64,000 nt of DNA from Octopus sinensis (taxonomy: Eukaryota): NCBI RefSeq assembly GCF_006345805.1, contig NC_043005.1:39122001-39186000 (forward strand), in the 5' to 3' direction. The notes beneath the pieces were generated by a model. That model was given only the letters and a program-made list of their open reading frames with translations, was not told the DNA's origin and searched no databases. Below, piece by piece: positions 39,609 through 53,744 of the stretch. The stretch's first letter is position 1, and the number at the start of each line of letters is the position of its first letter. The position numbers and the translations under genes are program-made.

Positions 39609-40544
39609 TTATGTTCCAAAACAAACAAAAGTGAAATAATCAAACTTTGATGTAAGAACTATACGAACATCATCAGCTACAAAAAAACAGATTCAGTAAA
39701 ACGAACAGCAACAGGAACAACAGCAACAACAACAACAGCAACAGTAATAGTAAGATCTACTGCAAGAAAACTAACAAGAGTCAATAGCAGAGATAAGAAG
39801 CAACAGCTACATGAATAACAACAGTTGCAGATAACGTGGAACAACATCATCAACGAGAAACGCATGCAAAACAATGCCATCAACAATTGCCAGCCAAGAG
39901 AAGAATCATTTTCCAGCAGAAAAACAACAGTAATAACAACAAAAGACATGTAAATAATAAGAGCAGCGCAACAGCATTAACGAACCTGACAGGTTCGACA
40001 AGAACATATCTATGTGTGTGTAAACATGTGAAAATACTTCGTGTTCTATGGATTATAAAATAATAATGTTTTTAGCAAGAATAAATGTTTGAAATATAAT
40101 AATACACTAGAAATATTAAATATGATTTTATAATCACAACTACACAACACAACATCCCATGTCATTGTAGTTAGAGCTTGTTTTCCCAGGTTTCCAATAA
40201 TAACAGTATCTTATGATATGTCTGTTTATTAATGACTCGTTCTACACTGCCATCTACAAGACAAGTGATGATTACTTTAGTGTAATGTTGATGAAAAAGA
40301 CAAGGGACTTATGGAACAGACTGATGCCTCTTGGCTTGACAATATTGTATCTTATTATAACACTATCATAATCTAATATAACTTTGGCAGCGAGTATATG
40401 AAGTACCGCTTGCTTACGTTAATGGTGTGTACAAACGCTAAAATCACTCAAACATATACATGTATGCACATACATACATATATATACATACATACATCAG
40501 TACATGCATTTATGCATTATGTATATATGCATGTATGTATATTT

Positions 40545-40604
<60 letters not shown>

Positions 40605-40605
<1 letters not shown>

Positions 40606-40860
40606 AAGGCGCATGGCTTAGTGTTTAGGGTATCGCACTCAAGATTGCGAGATCGTGGATTCGATTCTCTGACCGGGTGTTGCGTTGTGTTCTTAAGCAA
40701 AGCACTCCCTTTCACGTTGCTCTGCGATCATTTTGACATCTGACATGTGGCACCCAGTTGCACCTGTACATGTAATGTCGATTTGATGAAGGGGGTGAGC
40801 TTAAGTCTACACAAACATTTGATCACTAGAAAGAAATCATCTGTGTGGCTGGTTGTCGAG
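40605..40860 (+). mobile_element. SINE with family A head and a different 3' body
   Basis: GGCGCATGGCTTAGTG...TTCGATTCTCTGACCGG head; body diverges after GTTGCTC. Confidence 0.65.
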
Positions 40861-41150
40861 CTCTCTTACGTCGTTTAACGACGGGAGAGTCCATTACATA
40901 TACTCATATAAATAAACATAAAAATGGACGTGGGTGGAGTGGTAAGAAGAAGAAGTAAACAACAACAACCACAACAGCAGATTAAAAATTTGACTGCGGA
41001 ATTCGAACGCAAGGTCGGCTGTAAAACGATGACCACTACAATAATGCGATATTAAAATTCTTCAAAGTTTAAATTGTTCACACACGCAACCACACACACA
41101 CACACACACACTCACATATATACACACATATACATATAAATATATCACGC

Positions 41151-41184
<34 letters not shown>

Positions 41185-41206
41185 CACATATACATATATA
41201 CATGCA

Positions 41207-41255
<49 letters not shown>

Positions 41256-41968
41256 CACGTTATGCTTGGAAGAATAACAACCCAGACCTAATACTCCCAA
41301 TACATGACAAAAACGAAGTAAAAACGGGTTAGTAATACCTTGGGGTCATGTAACATAGATTAAAGTCATTAAGCTATGTTTTCCTGGTCGGTGTTAGTAC
41401 ATTCGTTTAAAGATATTCTCTAGTATTGATTCAGTCGAAAAAGTCTGAGGAAGAGTATCGCTCCTCAGCACGAAACGAAATAAAGTGAAAGCAATATATG
41501 TATGTATGTGTGTACGTACGTGTGCGTGTGTGCATGCGTGTGTGTGTGTAAGGATTTCTTTCCACACAGTATTCACTATGGGACGCTATTATTACAAGTT
41601 AAGACATTTATTTTAACATACTCATTGAATATTAAAATCCAACGCTCTATACAACAGCTACGCGTCGATACTGAGGTAATTATTTTCGTTGAGACATATA
41701 TAACACGTCAAAGGGCCATTATATCGATGCAAGTCGACGAGGTGCAAGACTAGCACTCTTTATCTGTAGGAATGAATACCTTACAAATAATCAAAATCAG
41801 TTTCAGGTTGCAACATAACACCGAAGTGTTTGTAAAGCAAGATATTTTCTCCATTAATCAACACATATTTATGTACCATCACCTGTCACCATTCTCTAAA
41901 AGTTTAACAAGACATCACGATAACTTTTCTTAACGACTTCAAAATTACGCACACACACATGAAGTATA

Positions 41969-42028
<60 letters not shown>

Positions 42029-42066
42029 TAGATATATGCTGTTGTACACAGGAACGGGGCCTCAAA

Positions 42067-42119
<53 letters not shown>

Positions 42120-42690
42120 ATATATATGTATATATATATATGATTTATTTCATTTGACCAGACAGGAAATCAATTTTCTAAGGAAGCGGATTTCTATTGA
42201 TTGAACGCTCACAGTACATTATTGATATTGATTTTATTGATTCTGGTTGAGCAAAAGATAAAGTGGGCTCTACTGGGATTTAAAACCAAAAGACTGAGGT
42301 GCTAGATTTTGGGTGAAATATATACCGAATTAAGAATATTGACTTCTTCTGTTTGGACTACGTTCAATTACAAAAATAAAATACAATATAGAATAATGGA
42401 CATGACAGTTTGGCAGTGATACTCTCTCTCCCACTCTCGCACTTTCCATATATTTACATAGATACACACACACGCATACACACACACATGCACACACGCG
42501 CGCACGCACACACACACGCGCACACATGCACACACATATATGCGTACATACATGCATACACACAGACACTCGCACATTCATACACATATATATATGTGCG
42601 TGTATATATACATATGTATGTGTGTATATACATATATTTATTTATATATATGTATATATTTATATATGTGTGTGTGTTTAAACATACATA

Positions 42691-42765
<75 letters not shown>

Positions 42766-43580
42766 GTATATATATATTTGCGTATGTATATATATATATA
42801 TATATATATAGCTGTCTGGATGTTTTGCGTTCTTTTCCCAGTTTGTATATATTCATATATATATAGCGGCGTACGTACACTTTGGTCTCCTATATGTAAG
42901 TATACATTTATTTAAATCTTGTACGGCTCTATTCTTTCTTTCTACCAGCCCTTTCCCGATTATTTGTTCAATCCAATCTTCGTTCTTTAGTTTCCCCCTG
43001 TCACATTCCCCTGCCTTCTTTTCTTGCTCACTTTCCTTCCTCTTTTCTCTTCAGTGTGTCCCTGTAATTTTTTCTCGACCCTCCTTAATCCTTCTGTCCC
43101 TCTACCTCTACTTTTCTTTCTCTTCTCTCCCCACGTGACTGGTGTTCAGTCATGCCTGATCTTTCTTTCTTGGTTCGGCCGTCGTACGTGCAGCGTCTAT
43201 ATTCCTTCCTGTGCCTGCGAAACCTTGTATCCCTGCCGTAAGGCTTTATTTCCACACATGCCAGCTTAATTTAATTCGTCTTTAGTCGAAAGACCCCTGT
43301 TGTTATGTCCTGTCATTTGTATCTGTGTAACATTCTCCGGTTTTAATTCCGTTTGTTTTTTCGTATACAGTCGCTGCTGTCTGCCAAGGAATCTAATGCT
43401 CTTAACTTAGTTTTTCCTTGGGGCTGGCCAAATTGGGACAATCTTGAGTATAAGCAGCCGAAATTGGAAAGATAATCTGGAACACGACTGAGGAAAGAAA
43501 ACTTCGAATGACCCGTCCTTGTTTTCTTTGTATTATATATATACATATGTATATATAGCAGCGTACGTACACTTTGGTCT

Positions 43581-43648
<68 letters not shown>

Positions 43649-43851
43649 TGTATATAGCAAAAGCAGGAGTGGTGTTTCCACGCAGGAAAGAAATATATAG
43701 GAAAATCTGCTGCTGAAAATGCACTTAGATTTCAAAAACTCGTGAATGTTTAAAATACAATTATTTACATATGTACCAAACTAGTTTCAAGAATATTTTT
43801 TGTTTATCAATGGTAAAAGTGTAAAAACATCGTTATAAGTTTCAATGTGAA

Positions 43852-43930
<79 letters not shown>

Positions 43931-44009
43931 GAGTGAGTTGACAAATGAAAGAAGGGGGACTCAACAAATTTATTGGGAGTTTCGTATATGGATCAAAATG
44001 TTTTGATCC

Positions 44010-44069
<60 letters not shown>

Positions 44070-44070
<1 letters not shown>

Positions 44071-44415
44071 TACTTGTTTCCATCACTGGACAGTACCGAT
44101 GTTTGGGCACCGTCTTGAAGAGTTTAGTCGAACAAATTAACTCAAGCACTTATGCTTAAGCCTGATACTTATTCGATCAGCCGTTTTGCCAAACCACTAA
44201 GTTATGAGAACGTAGACAAAGCGGTAGTGAAGAACCAACACAGAAACAATAACACATGCAGACACATGAATATATATATGCCACGGAGTTCTTTCAGATT
44301 CCATCTGCCTAATCTTTGGTCGAGCCGCACTCTATAGTAGTAAAAGTCAGTCACCCATCGCGCCACGCAGTATGATTGAACCTAGAAGCCAACTTCATAC
44401 CACACGGTCACGCCT
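44070..44415 (-). mobile_element. SINE family B
   Basis: Reverse complement of family B tail, body and decayed head. Confidence 0.65.
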
Positions 44416-45984
44416 GCGTCTGTGTGTGTGTTTGTATATATATGTGTGTGTATGTGTGTGTGTATTGAATGTATTTGAGCTTAGCTATGCAAATCAACTA
44501 GAGACTCACCAACTAGATGAATAGAATGTGTCCCCATCATTTGCTAGTGCTAATGAGAGGATACGAGCTTCTGACCTCTTAGCTGGTTGAGTTGAATCTG
44601 CATTCTACTTTTTAAGTACGATTTACTTCGATATTGAAAGACATATGTGGAGAGAGAAAAAACCTGAATAGCAACGAAATCCCCTGCTACCTCCTAACAA
44701 ATCTGATAACAATTGATTTTGTTTGCAAATAGTTTGTTCTTGAAATGTGTGTGGCTATCCATAAGCAACACAGAACTACAGAATTATTCATAGGGTGATG
44801 AGGCAGGACTTCGTCGGTCCTTATGTTCTGAGTACAAATTGTGCCGAGGTCGACTTTGCTTTTTAACCGCTTGGAGTCGATTATAAAAGTACTGGTTGAG
44901 AGCTAGGGGTCTATGTAATCGACTAGTTTCCTTCCCCAAAAGTTCAGGCCTTGGGACTATAATAGAAAGAATTCTTAATAGGGTAATAAAGTTTGTGTGT
45001 GTGTGTATGTGTGCGTGTGCGTGTGCGTGTGAGTGTGAATGTATCTGTGTGCTAATATGATTCTTCACTTCGTTCATACGTCGCCTCACACAAATTGGCG
45101 TGTGTTATAAGGAAGGCGTGAGTTATCCACGTGCAAACACTATCATGACATTATCCATATTACTGAAAAGCGGGAGCTTGCATATGTAGCAAGGAATATT
45201 AATTCTTTAAAATCACACCAATTGTGATGAGAAAAACTCATTATCTTCCTGTCTAATTTTAGTTAGAAAAGGCGGGAGTGACAAATTTTAATTCGTTAAA
45301 ATTAATTAAATATAGAATATGGTGGGGAATTGAGTGAGAACCTTGTCAATACACTAACATCTCAGGGTTTGGTTCGGTATTATAAGAGTCATGAGGGCAA
45401 TATGATCTAACTATTACTGCTAGGTCCCAGAATAACGAAAGAAGACATATCTTGCGATCTGCGTGTGACTTCACCACAAATCGCCCAGTGAGGCTCTTTC
45501 TTTCATTTTTGACAGGGCTACTGAAATAATAAGGATTAAATAGATAATAATTTTCATGAAGGTAATCTATCTGGTCATGATGAATGCGATCCGTATGATA
45601 ATGAGGTTTATCATGATGACCATCAGGCCGACTATGATGTTGAGTTTGACGGACATGATGTGTACGTATTAATACGGTTTCTTCACATCCACTACTATAT
45701 AATAGCCACATGACCTGACAATGTAGAGCTAACAACGAACGATTCAATATTTTTAAGAAATGATTTAAGTAATGACTAATTCAATTTTTTAACGGCAACT
45801 GTGTTTTCCATCATCCAAACGCTTTTTAGTTTTTTTTTTCACTTCCCTTCTTGATACATTTTTTAAATCCATTAATTATATGAAAGAGAGCCAACGCCAT
45901 GACATCGAGTTGAAAGATAGATTTCACCACATATGACATCGTCCTCCATAAAATGTGATCAGTTCCCCACGTTGAGTAAGGACT

Positions 45985-46356
45985 TTAATGGCACTCCGTC
46001 GGCTACGACGACGAGTGTTCTAGTTGATCCGATCAACGGAACAGCCTGCTCATACAATTAACGTGGCTGTGCACTCCACAGATACGTGTACCATTAAAGT
46101 AGTTCTCGGGGAGATTCAGCCTGACACAGATTCTGACAAGGCTGTCCCTTTGAAATACAGGTACAACAGAAAAATAGAGTGAGAGAAAGTTGTGGTGAAA
46201 GAGTACACTAGGGTTCGCCACCACCCTATGTCGGAGCCTCGTGGAGCTTTAGGGATTTTCGCTCAATAAACACTCACAACGCCCGGTCTGGGAATCGAAA
46301 CCACGATCCTAAGACCGCGAGTCCGCTGCCCTAACTACTGGTCCATTGCGCCTCCA
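45985..46356 (-). mobile_element. tRNA-derived SINE (family C head, long body)
   Basis: GGAGGCGCAATGGACCAGTAGTTAGGGCAGCGG...GTTTCGATTCCCAGACCGGG head on minus strand. Confidence 0.8.
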
Positions 46357-46364
46357 CAAATAGT

Positions 46365-46565
46365 ATGTATGTATTCTTTTACTTGTTTCAGTCATTTTAC
46401 TGCGGCCATGCTGGAGCACCACCTTCAGTCGAACAAATCGACCCCAGGACTTATTCTTTGTAAGCCTAGTACTTATTTTATCGGTTTCTTTCCCGAACCG
46501 TTAAGTTACGGGGACGTAAACGCACTAACATCGGTTGTGAAGCGATGGTGGGGTGACAAACACAG
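46365..46565 (-). mobile_element. SINE family B, 3' half
   Basis: TACTTGTTTCAGTCATTTTACTGCGGCCATGCTGGAGCACC...AGCCTAGTACTTATT. Confidence 0.75.
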
Positions 46566-46570
46566 ACACA

Positions 46571-46631
<61 letters not shown>

Positions 46632-46984
46632 ACACTAAGGACTTACAATAATGAATAGGTATGAAATTCATGAAAGAATATTGAAGATAACGTTTTAACA
46701 ACAGCATTTGATCCGTTGTTGTTGGATAACAATTTAAAAAAGATTTTAAATTGTTTTAGATAGTTACCCCCCTTTCAAAACATTCAGTTTTGAAAACATT
46801 CAGTTATTTCATTGAGATTGCCGTTCACCTATTTATATATCCTTACAATAAATATATCACTGCATATTTCTTTATTCGTCAAAATCGTATAACAGATTAT
46901 TTATTGAAAATGTGGAAAACATGATTTCAATTGATCTTGAGAAACTCTTCACAAAAATCTAAATATGTTTTAGTATATTTAATG

Positions 46985-47615
46985 TATTGTGTTGTCCGGA
47001 AAGTTGTAGCAGCTTATATTTCGAATATTTTAGAACATGGTTGAGTCCATAAAAAAAAGGATTCGACTACAATCCCATTTAGAGCACAATTTAAGCTATC
47101 TTTTCGTGGAAGAAAGTTTACGTTACAATAATCTGTGTTAATTCTGTAACCCTTTAAAATGGGAGATAAGAAAGTCTATTTTTGGCACTTTATGCTTTTC
47201 TTTTTCGGTAAAGGGAAAAATGCCTCACAAGCAACCAAAAAAATATGCGCAGTTTACGGTGATGTTTCTTTATCCGAAAGAACTGTACAGAAGTGGATCG
47301 CAAGGTACCGAGCAGGAGCTTGAAGCCTTATTGATAAGGCAGACCATCAACGAAAGATGATGACCAAATCAGGTCATTAATTGAGAATAACCCACATTAC
47401 ACAACTCGAGAATTGTCAGAAATCCTCAACCTATCAAAATTCGTCGTTCATGAGCAGTTGGTAAAGCTTGGGTACACAAATCGCTACGTTGTTTCGGCAC
47501 TACATGAGTTGAGTGAGAAGAACCTTTTGGATTGCATTTCCATCTGTGATTCGTTTTATAAACGGAATGAAAACGCGCCTTTTTTAAAGCAAATTTTGAC
47601 AGGTGATAAGAAATG
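46985..47615 (+). mobile_element. mariner transposase 5' fragment truncated by a SINE
   Basis: KGKNASQATKKICAVYG...ERTVQKWIAR and NPHYTTRELSEILN...FLKQILTGDKK (WVPHEL-like SALHEL, TGDEK-like). Confidence 0.85.
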
Positions 47616-47619
47616 CTAA

Positions 47620-48012
47620 CAATTCTTATTTCTTTATTGCCCACAAGGGGCTAAACATAGAGGGGACAAACAAGGACAGAAAAACGGATGAAGTCGATTA
47701 CATCGACCCCAGTGCGTAACTGGTACTTAATTTATCGACCCCTGTAAGGATGAAAGGCAAAGTCGACCTAGGCGGAATTTGAACCCAGAACGTAACGGCA
47801 GACGAAATACCTATTTCTTTACTACCCACAAGGGACTAAACACAGAGGGGACAAACAAGGACAGACAAATGGATTAAGTCAATTATATTGACCCCAGTGC
47901 GTAACTAGTACTATATTTATCGACCCCGAAATGATGACAGGCAAAGTCAACCTCGGGAGAATTTGAACTCACCGCTAAGCACTTCGCCCGACGTGCTAAC
48001 GATTCTGCCAGC
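47620..48012 (-). mobile_element. Two nested SINE copies (family D)
   Basis: CCCACAAGGG...ACAAACAAGGACAG...GACCCCAGTGCGTAACT...TTTATCGACCCC occurs twice (47640-47780, 47826-47960); head at 47972-48012; relatives at 37675-37850, 38890-39110, 44790-44980 (-), 50348-50550, 56300-56660. Confidence 0.8.
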
Positions 48013-50347
48013 TCTTCGTCTTCAACCAGAAAATATTAAAAAGTCTCTGAAAGTGTATCAGAGAATTTAATGAAAAGAGGAAAAATGTGCGGTATATTCT
48101 CTCTCTTCCTCTTTGTATCATCACAAAATGGTTTTTAACCAACATTAATATTTCAGATATATCATTGAAATTATCATCATTATATATATATTTCTTCGAT
48201 TACATGTCAATCATGTTTAATATCATACTTTTATTCTCTATTAAAATTTTCCTAATGATGAGTATCATTATTATTTTCTGCACAATTGAGAGTTTAAGGG
48301 TTACTTAATGACGTGCTTAGATTTCAGGCATTTCCTATTTTATCACTGCCATAACTCCTATCACAGTAGATACAGTTATGATATCTACTATATGTTACAA
48401 ATGTTGTCCTTTTTTCTTTGTTATTTTGTGTTTTCTTTGTTGATATGTCCATGCCCATGATACATCACATATTACAGCCATATTGAAAATTTTCGATCTT
48501 CAGTCTTTTATGATTACACCATGTCAATTAGCCAAGAATTCCCCGTCGGCGCGCACACTCTATTTTAAATGTTGCTCCATTTCTTAAATTTTAATAAGTA
48601 TTTTAGAATAATTAGTTGCTCTTTTTATATCTTGATATTTTCAGACGAAGACGTTCGACTGTCTTGTTGCATCTGTGAATGTCCTCAGTTCAGTCTTGTC
48701 TAGTATTGTGAGTTTCTGTTTAATTAGTTCATAAATAAACTCTGGCCACCAATATCTTCCAACAACAAGCATTTGCTACTGATTCTAAACGTGATATCAC
48801 AATTGTAGTAATGGTCATTTTACATCACTACCAAATTTTTGCCTTTCGAAATTTAATTCAGAGTTCGTTTTCATTTTCTAACGCTTTTTTTTTTCATTCA
48901 TTCTACCATCAAACGAGTAAGCAACTTTAAGTGACACTTTTCTCATCTGCAATGTGTATAACAATATATGTTTGACAATGTTCCATATAACGTTATGAGA
49001 CGTTTAGGCAAAGCCGTTTTGGCGCCGCCTGATTGGCGTCACTAACTCAAAGCTGACTTATTTGACATCAGATGTTTCAGTGGTCCACTCGCTTTAATTT
49101 TACTTCAGTTTTCTCTTCACCCCACTCTCTTTGTTTATACCTGTGAGCATATTTCTCATTATGTGTGTGAGGAGATGGTAAGTGTTTATGTTAGTCGTGT
49201 TTAGTTATTAAATTTTAATATCTCTCTCTCGTTCTCCTTCTTTTTCTCCTTCGTTCTCTTTTCTTCTTTCTCTCCTTTCTCCCCCTCTTCCTCTCTTACT
49301 CCTTCTATCTGTGAGTGTGTATTTTAACTACGTTCGTGTTTGTGTTTGTCTCCAGTGCTATATATGTACTATCATTAAAACATGTTGAATGTGTAATCAA
49401 CCGTGCCAGATTGTCCGCATCCAAAAAGCCGCCCTCATTCTTCGCCATATAGCTATTCATTTGACCATCCATATCCCATGATCAACAACTTTACATTGTC
49501 ACTTCCCCTAAGTATTTCCCGACCTTTTTCCCCGTTCTTAGTGACATCATATTCGCATCTTAGCTTACTCTCATACGAAATTAAACTTACTGGCGTTGTT
49601 TTATTTTTTCCATCTATAGCATTTCTATTTTGACTTAAACTGCAAATCTTATTACCTCTTTATAGATGGAAGGAAACGAACGACTTCTCTTTCAAATGTT
49701 ATCTAATATTTCAAACAGCGTTCATTTTCATTATCATTCAGATATATTTTCACAATTCAATTGTTGCTTATTTGTATTTCAATTCTATCTGTGCTAATCA
49801 TCTCATTCCAAATTCTCTTTTTATATATAAAACCAATAGACACCTAACTTTATGTGATGCACTCTCTATATTATGATTAGTTTTCCAGTGTTTGGCATCC
49901 AATCTTAGAACCTCCCTTGTCATTCAATTTATGATGGTGCAGCTATAGAACAGTACAAGCATTATCACGAAATATATTATCTCTATTCTTTCCATACAAT
50001 TCATTCGCTTCCTTGCACTAACTTCAATTCTTCTCTCTATACTTCTCAAGTTCGATCTTTCATTAATTTATGTTGTGTTTGATGTAACAGTTACGCATGC
50101 AACACACGCATAGATTTGCTGGATTTTAAGTTTCATTTTACACTTCATGGACTCCACAGCAGCTCGAGAATTCTGTCTGTTTAACTTTTTTTGTGTGTGA
50201 GTGCGTGCTTGCTAAGACTTTGTGGATTGGACGTGTTGATAGTATTTGGTACACACTCGGTTAGTTTTACGGTTTGTGTTCAAATGATAGTGGATTCATT
50301 TGAATATCTTATTCTTAGTATTTCGTCCTTTCAGTATTTAAATATTG

Positions 50348-50550
50348 CAGGCGGCGAGTTGGAAGAATTGTTAGTACGCCTGGCAAAATGCTTAGCAGCA
50401 TTTCGTCTGAGTTCAAATTCTGCCGAGGTCAGCCTTGTTTTTCATACAGCGGAGCCGATTGAATAAATACGAGTTGACAACTGAAGTTGACCTAATCGAC
50501 TCACTCCTTCCTCTCACAAGTTACCGACTTTATTCCAACATTTGAAATCA
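50348..50550 (+). mobile_element. SINE family D
   Basis: GGCGGCGAGTTGGAAGAATTGTTAGTACGCCTGGCAAAATGCTTAGC...GAGTTCAAATTCTGCCGAGG. Confidence 0.7.
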
Positions 50551-51762
50551 GTATTTATAGTGAATCAGTAATTTTTTCAGTCTTTTAATCTTTTAACCCT
50601 TTATTTCTTTCAATCATTGAAAAGTGGCCATGTTAGAACACCTCCTTGAAAATAAAATTTTACACGAACAAATCCACCCCATTTATCATATTTCTTCGGT
50701 GGGGTCTGGTACTTGATTTATCGCATCCCCATGTGCTTGGAAAGCGAACTTCTTAATCACACAGCCACGTCTGTGGTTAATCCTTTAACGTATTTATATG
50801 TTATGATTGTAATTTTGCCGGTTGAGGAAATTGAGTGAAAACCGTTACTGGGTGGCTTAGGAATTATTTAAAAGAAAGAAAAGCAAGTTACACGTTAATA
50901 ATAATTGAATATTTTAAGCATTTAAAATATGTAGGATTTTCACTATTAATGGAGATAGTAGATTCGCGTTGCTTCGAAATTTTCTACTAATTGAAAAAGG
51001 GCATACAATTTATTTCTGTAATAAAATATCCTGAGACAAATTTTCGTTAGTTAAATTTACTTTCCGTTTTATTTTACTTTCCGTTTTATTTTTCTGGCTA
51101 TCAAGTCATTCTCTGACATGGTATATATGAGTGTACACATACCCAAACACTCATATGAATTTACACAACATACAAACAAATATTTAACAGCATCTGTAAA
51201 TGTTGCATATATCACCGTAACCAGTTTACCGACCGTTTGATACGTAGATAGTTGTTTTAATTTATAAGTGCACAATTGCATATCCTGGATTTATAACTAA
51301 TGTTTCCTCGTATATCGCAGATGATGAACTTTCCTCCAAGTATGTAGCTGCTTCAAAGTACATGCCATTGAAAAGTCATCACAAAAAAGTCACATCTGGT
51401 GTTCTCGCTCCGATAATAGGGGGTATTTTCACAGCCGTCTGATATTACATTTATTTTTTTACACACCACGTTCGAAATCTATGTTAACTCACGACAACTA
51501 ACACAGCATGCATGAAAAAGCTACACTCATATAAATCAATAATTTTCAACACATTGTATTGATACATACTTACATTACATACAAACACACACACACACGC
51601 ACACACACACACACACACACATACACACATATATATATATACATGTATGCTTGGGCATATATTTGCGTGCATATATATACGTCCGCATATTTTTAAATAT
51701 ATCAATACACGTACATACACATATACAAACAGAGGTATATATATATATATATATATATATAT

Positions 51763-51982
51763 GATTGATTGATTCTAGTTTCAGCTTATGAGCTGTGGCC
51801 ATGCTGGGGCACCGCCATTTGGTGTTGCTACTTGGTTTCACTTCATGAAGGCTTTCTAGCAACTGCTATTTGGTGCATGAGAGAGTTCGATGCAGCTGCC
51901 CTCGTCTGCCCCTCCTGCCGTGAAGTTGGTTCATCTGGGACACCTGACAGGAAGAGATCCAGCTTCATTTTAAAGACATCTG
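51763..51982 (-). mobile_element. CR1/L2-group LINE 3' tip with (ATCA)n tail
   Basis: DVFKMKLDLFLSGVPDEP...AASNSLMHQ parallels FKKSLDKFLQTVPDKP...NNSLLEW of the 18.9-kb LINE; tail GGCGGTGCCCCAGCATGGCCACAG...CTGAAACTAGAATCAATC. Confidence 0.75.
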
Positions 51983-51999
51983 TATCCACCCCATGCAGG

Positions 52000-52029
<30 letters not shown>

Positions 52030-52030
<1 letters not shown>

Positions 52031-52920
52031 GGTGAGGTGAATAAACTTTCGTCTAAATTACGCAAAATGAAAATAACAATTTAACAGATATATTTTAACA
52101 GATATATTTACCAAAATCCCATTAAAATATCTTAAAATACTACAGAGTAAATTTATTCAATAAAATCACCATTGGCTTCAACTACGGTCTCCAGACGACT
52201 TCGGAATCTCCTGCAACTCTTGTAGACGGTCTCCTTGCTTAAGTTGGTGAATGCTGCCATAATCCTTGCATTCAGCTTATATTTGGTACAAAGAGGTTTA
52301 TTGGTCTCTTGCTCAACTGCGTCCCACACATAATAATCAAGGGATTTGCAGTCTAGGAAGTTAGCTGGCCAGATATTAGGGGTGGTGTGGTCGCAGAAAT
52401 TGTTTGACAGCCATGACTGGGTTCTCCTGCTTGTATGGCAGAGTGCAGAGTCCTGTTGCTAGACGCATGGTCTTCCAGCAGCAAACCTTTTGACCCAGGG
52501 TAGCACTACCTCCTCCAGGCACTTGATGTAGGACTCCCTGTTGATTCTGAAGCCGTGTGGGAAGATGAATGTAAGCATAACGTCACCATCACTAGTGGTC
52601 TCTCCGAACACCATGATGTTGAATGGATGTTTGATTTTTATTATTCTCGTAACATATCCTCAGATTGCACTTTCCTCATATTGACACCCAAACACCCTGA
52701 AATGTCCGTATTGGAACTTCAGCCGCGAATGCCAATGCCAAGCAGTACAGTATGTCGTTTCCAAATTTCTAGCAGAGTGGATTGTTTCATGGTGGTGTTT
52801 TTCTCACAGACGATGCGCCCAACCGACCCTACAATACTGTACATTCTTCAAAATCAAAAACAAACAACGCACATGCGCAAAATTAAGACTATGAAATAGC
52901 GACAATTTACTCATCGCATC
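52030..52920 (-). mobile_element. Decayed Tc1/mariner (maT-like) transposase
   Basis: KHPFNIMVFGETTSDG...YIKCLEEVVLPW...QQDSALCHTSRRTQSWL...WPANFLDCKSLDYYVW...CRRFRSRLETVVEANGDFIE*. Confidence 0.85.
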
Positions 52921-53116
52921 TTGTATGTATGTATGCATATATATATATACATATATACCAGACAAGGTAGAAAATACTAAAATAATTTTATCGTGAAGAA
53001 TATTTTATTACCGGTTCCAGTCAAGCATGAAAAACAATTAGATTGTGGAAAAATTAAATGAAATGTTTTAAAAAATATTTGTATAGTTTTCAAATGCGAT
53101 GGACACTTTCCTTTTT

Positions 53117-53180
<64 letters not shown>

Positions 53181-53271
53181 TCATGTGGGATCATGGTAGC
53201 AGGTAGTAGTAGTCCCAACATTTGGTATGAGTTCTTGGCTTTGATTGTTTAAGCAACAATAGTAGCTGAGA

Positions 53272-53385
53272 AAGAAGGAGGAGAAGAAGAAGAAGAAGAA
53301 GAAGAAGAAGAAGAAGAAGAAGAAGAAGAAGAAGAAGAAGAAGAAGAAGAAGAAGAAGGAGAAGAAGAAAAAGAAGAAGAAGAAG
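53272..53385. repeat. (GAA)n array
   Basis: Direct inspection. Confidence 0.95.
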
Positions 53386-53694
53386 TAGAGGGTGTAAGAA
53401 AAGAGGAGAAAGAATAATAACAAAATGAACATATATATATGTATAATTTAGGACAATTAGTAAGTTGCACATACTTGCATATGACAACACGCGCGCACAC
53501 ACACACACACATACACGCGCACACACACAACACACATTAACATCCAGTTGACCGCGTGTGCGTAGTATTTATGTACGTGTTAATATATGTGCTACTTGTA
53601 CATCATTAGAAAAGAAAATTAGAATCGAATACATAAACATATATATATATATCTACATATGTACATATATACACACACGCACACATACCACACT

Positions 53695-53744
<50 letters not shown>

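Noticed and set aside
41447-41480. CTGAGGA...GAAAC hammerhead-like string
   Set aside because: CTGAGGA pairs with downstream TCCTCAG and GAAA does not follow stem II; simple hairpin.
43986-44013. 13-bp hairpin between (TA)n arrays
   Set aside because: Too short to interpret; likely a transposon-end fragment or chance.
45346-45747. His/Asp-rich 133-aa ORF
   Set aside because: Looks like a decayed (GAT/CAT)n tract; no family recognised, no splice support.
48645-48700. Minus-strand CTGAGGA...GTCGAACGTC-TTC hammerhead-like string
   Set aside because: GAAA box incomplete, stem II unclear and no Penelope ORF recognised nearby.
49640-50060. Possible decayed RTE RT C-terminus on minus strand
   Set aside because: Motifs only suggestive, many stops.
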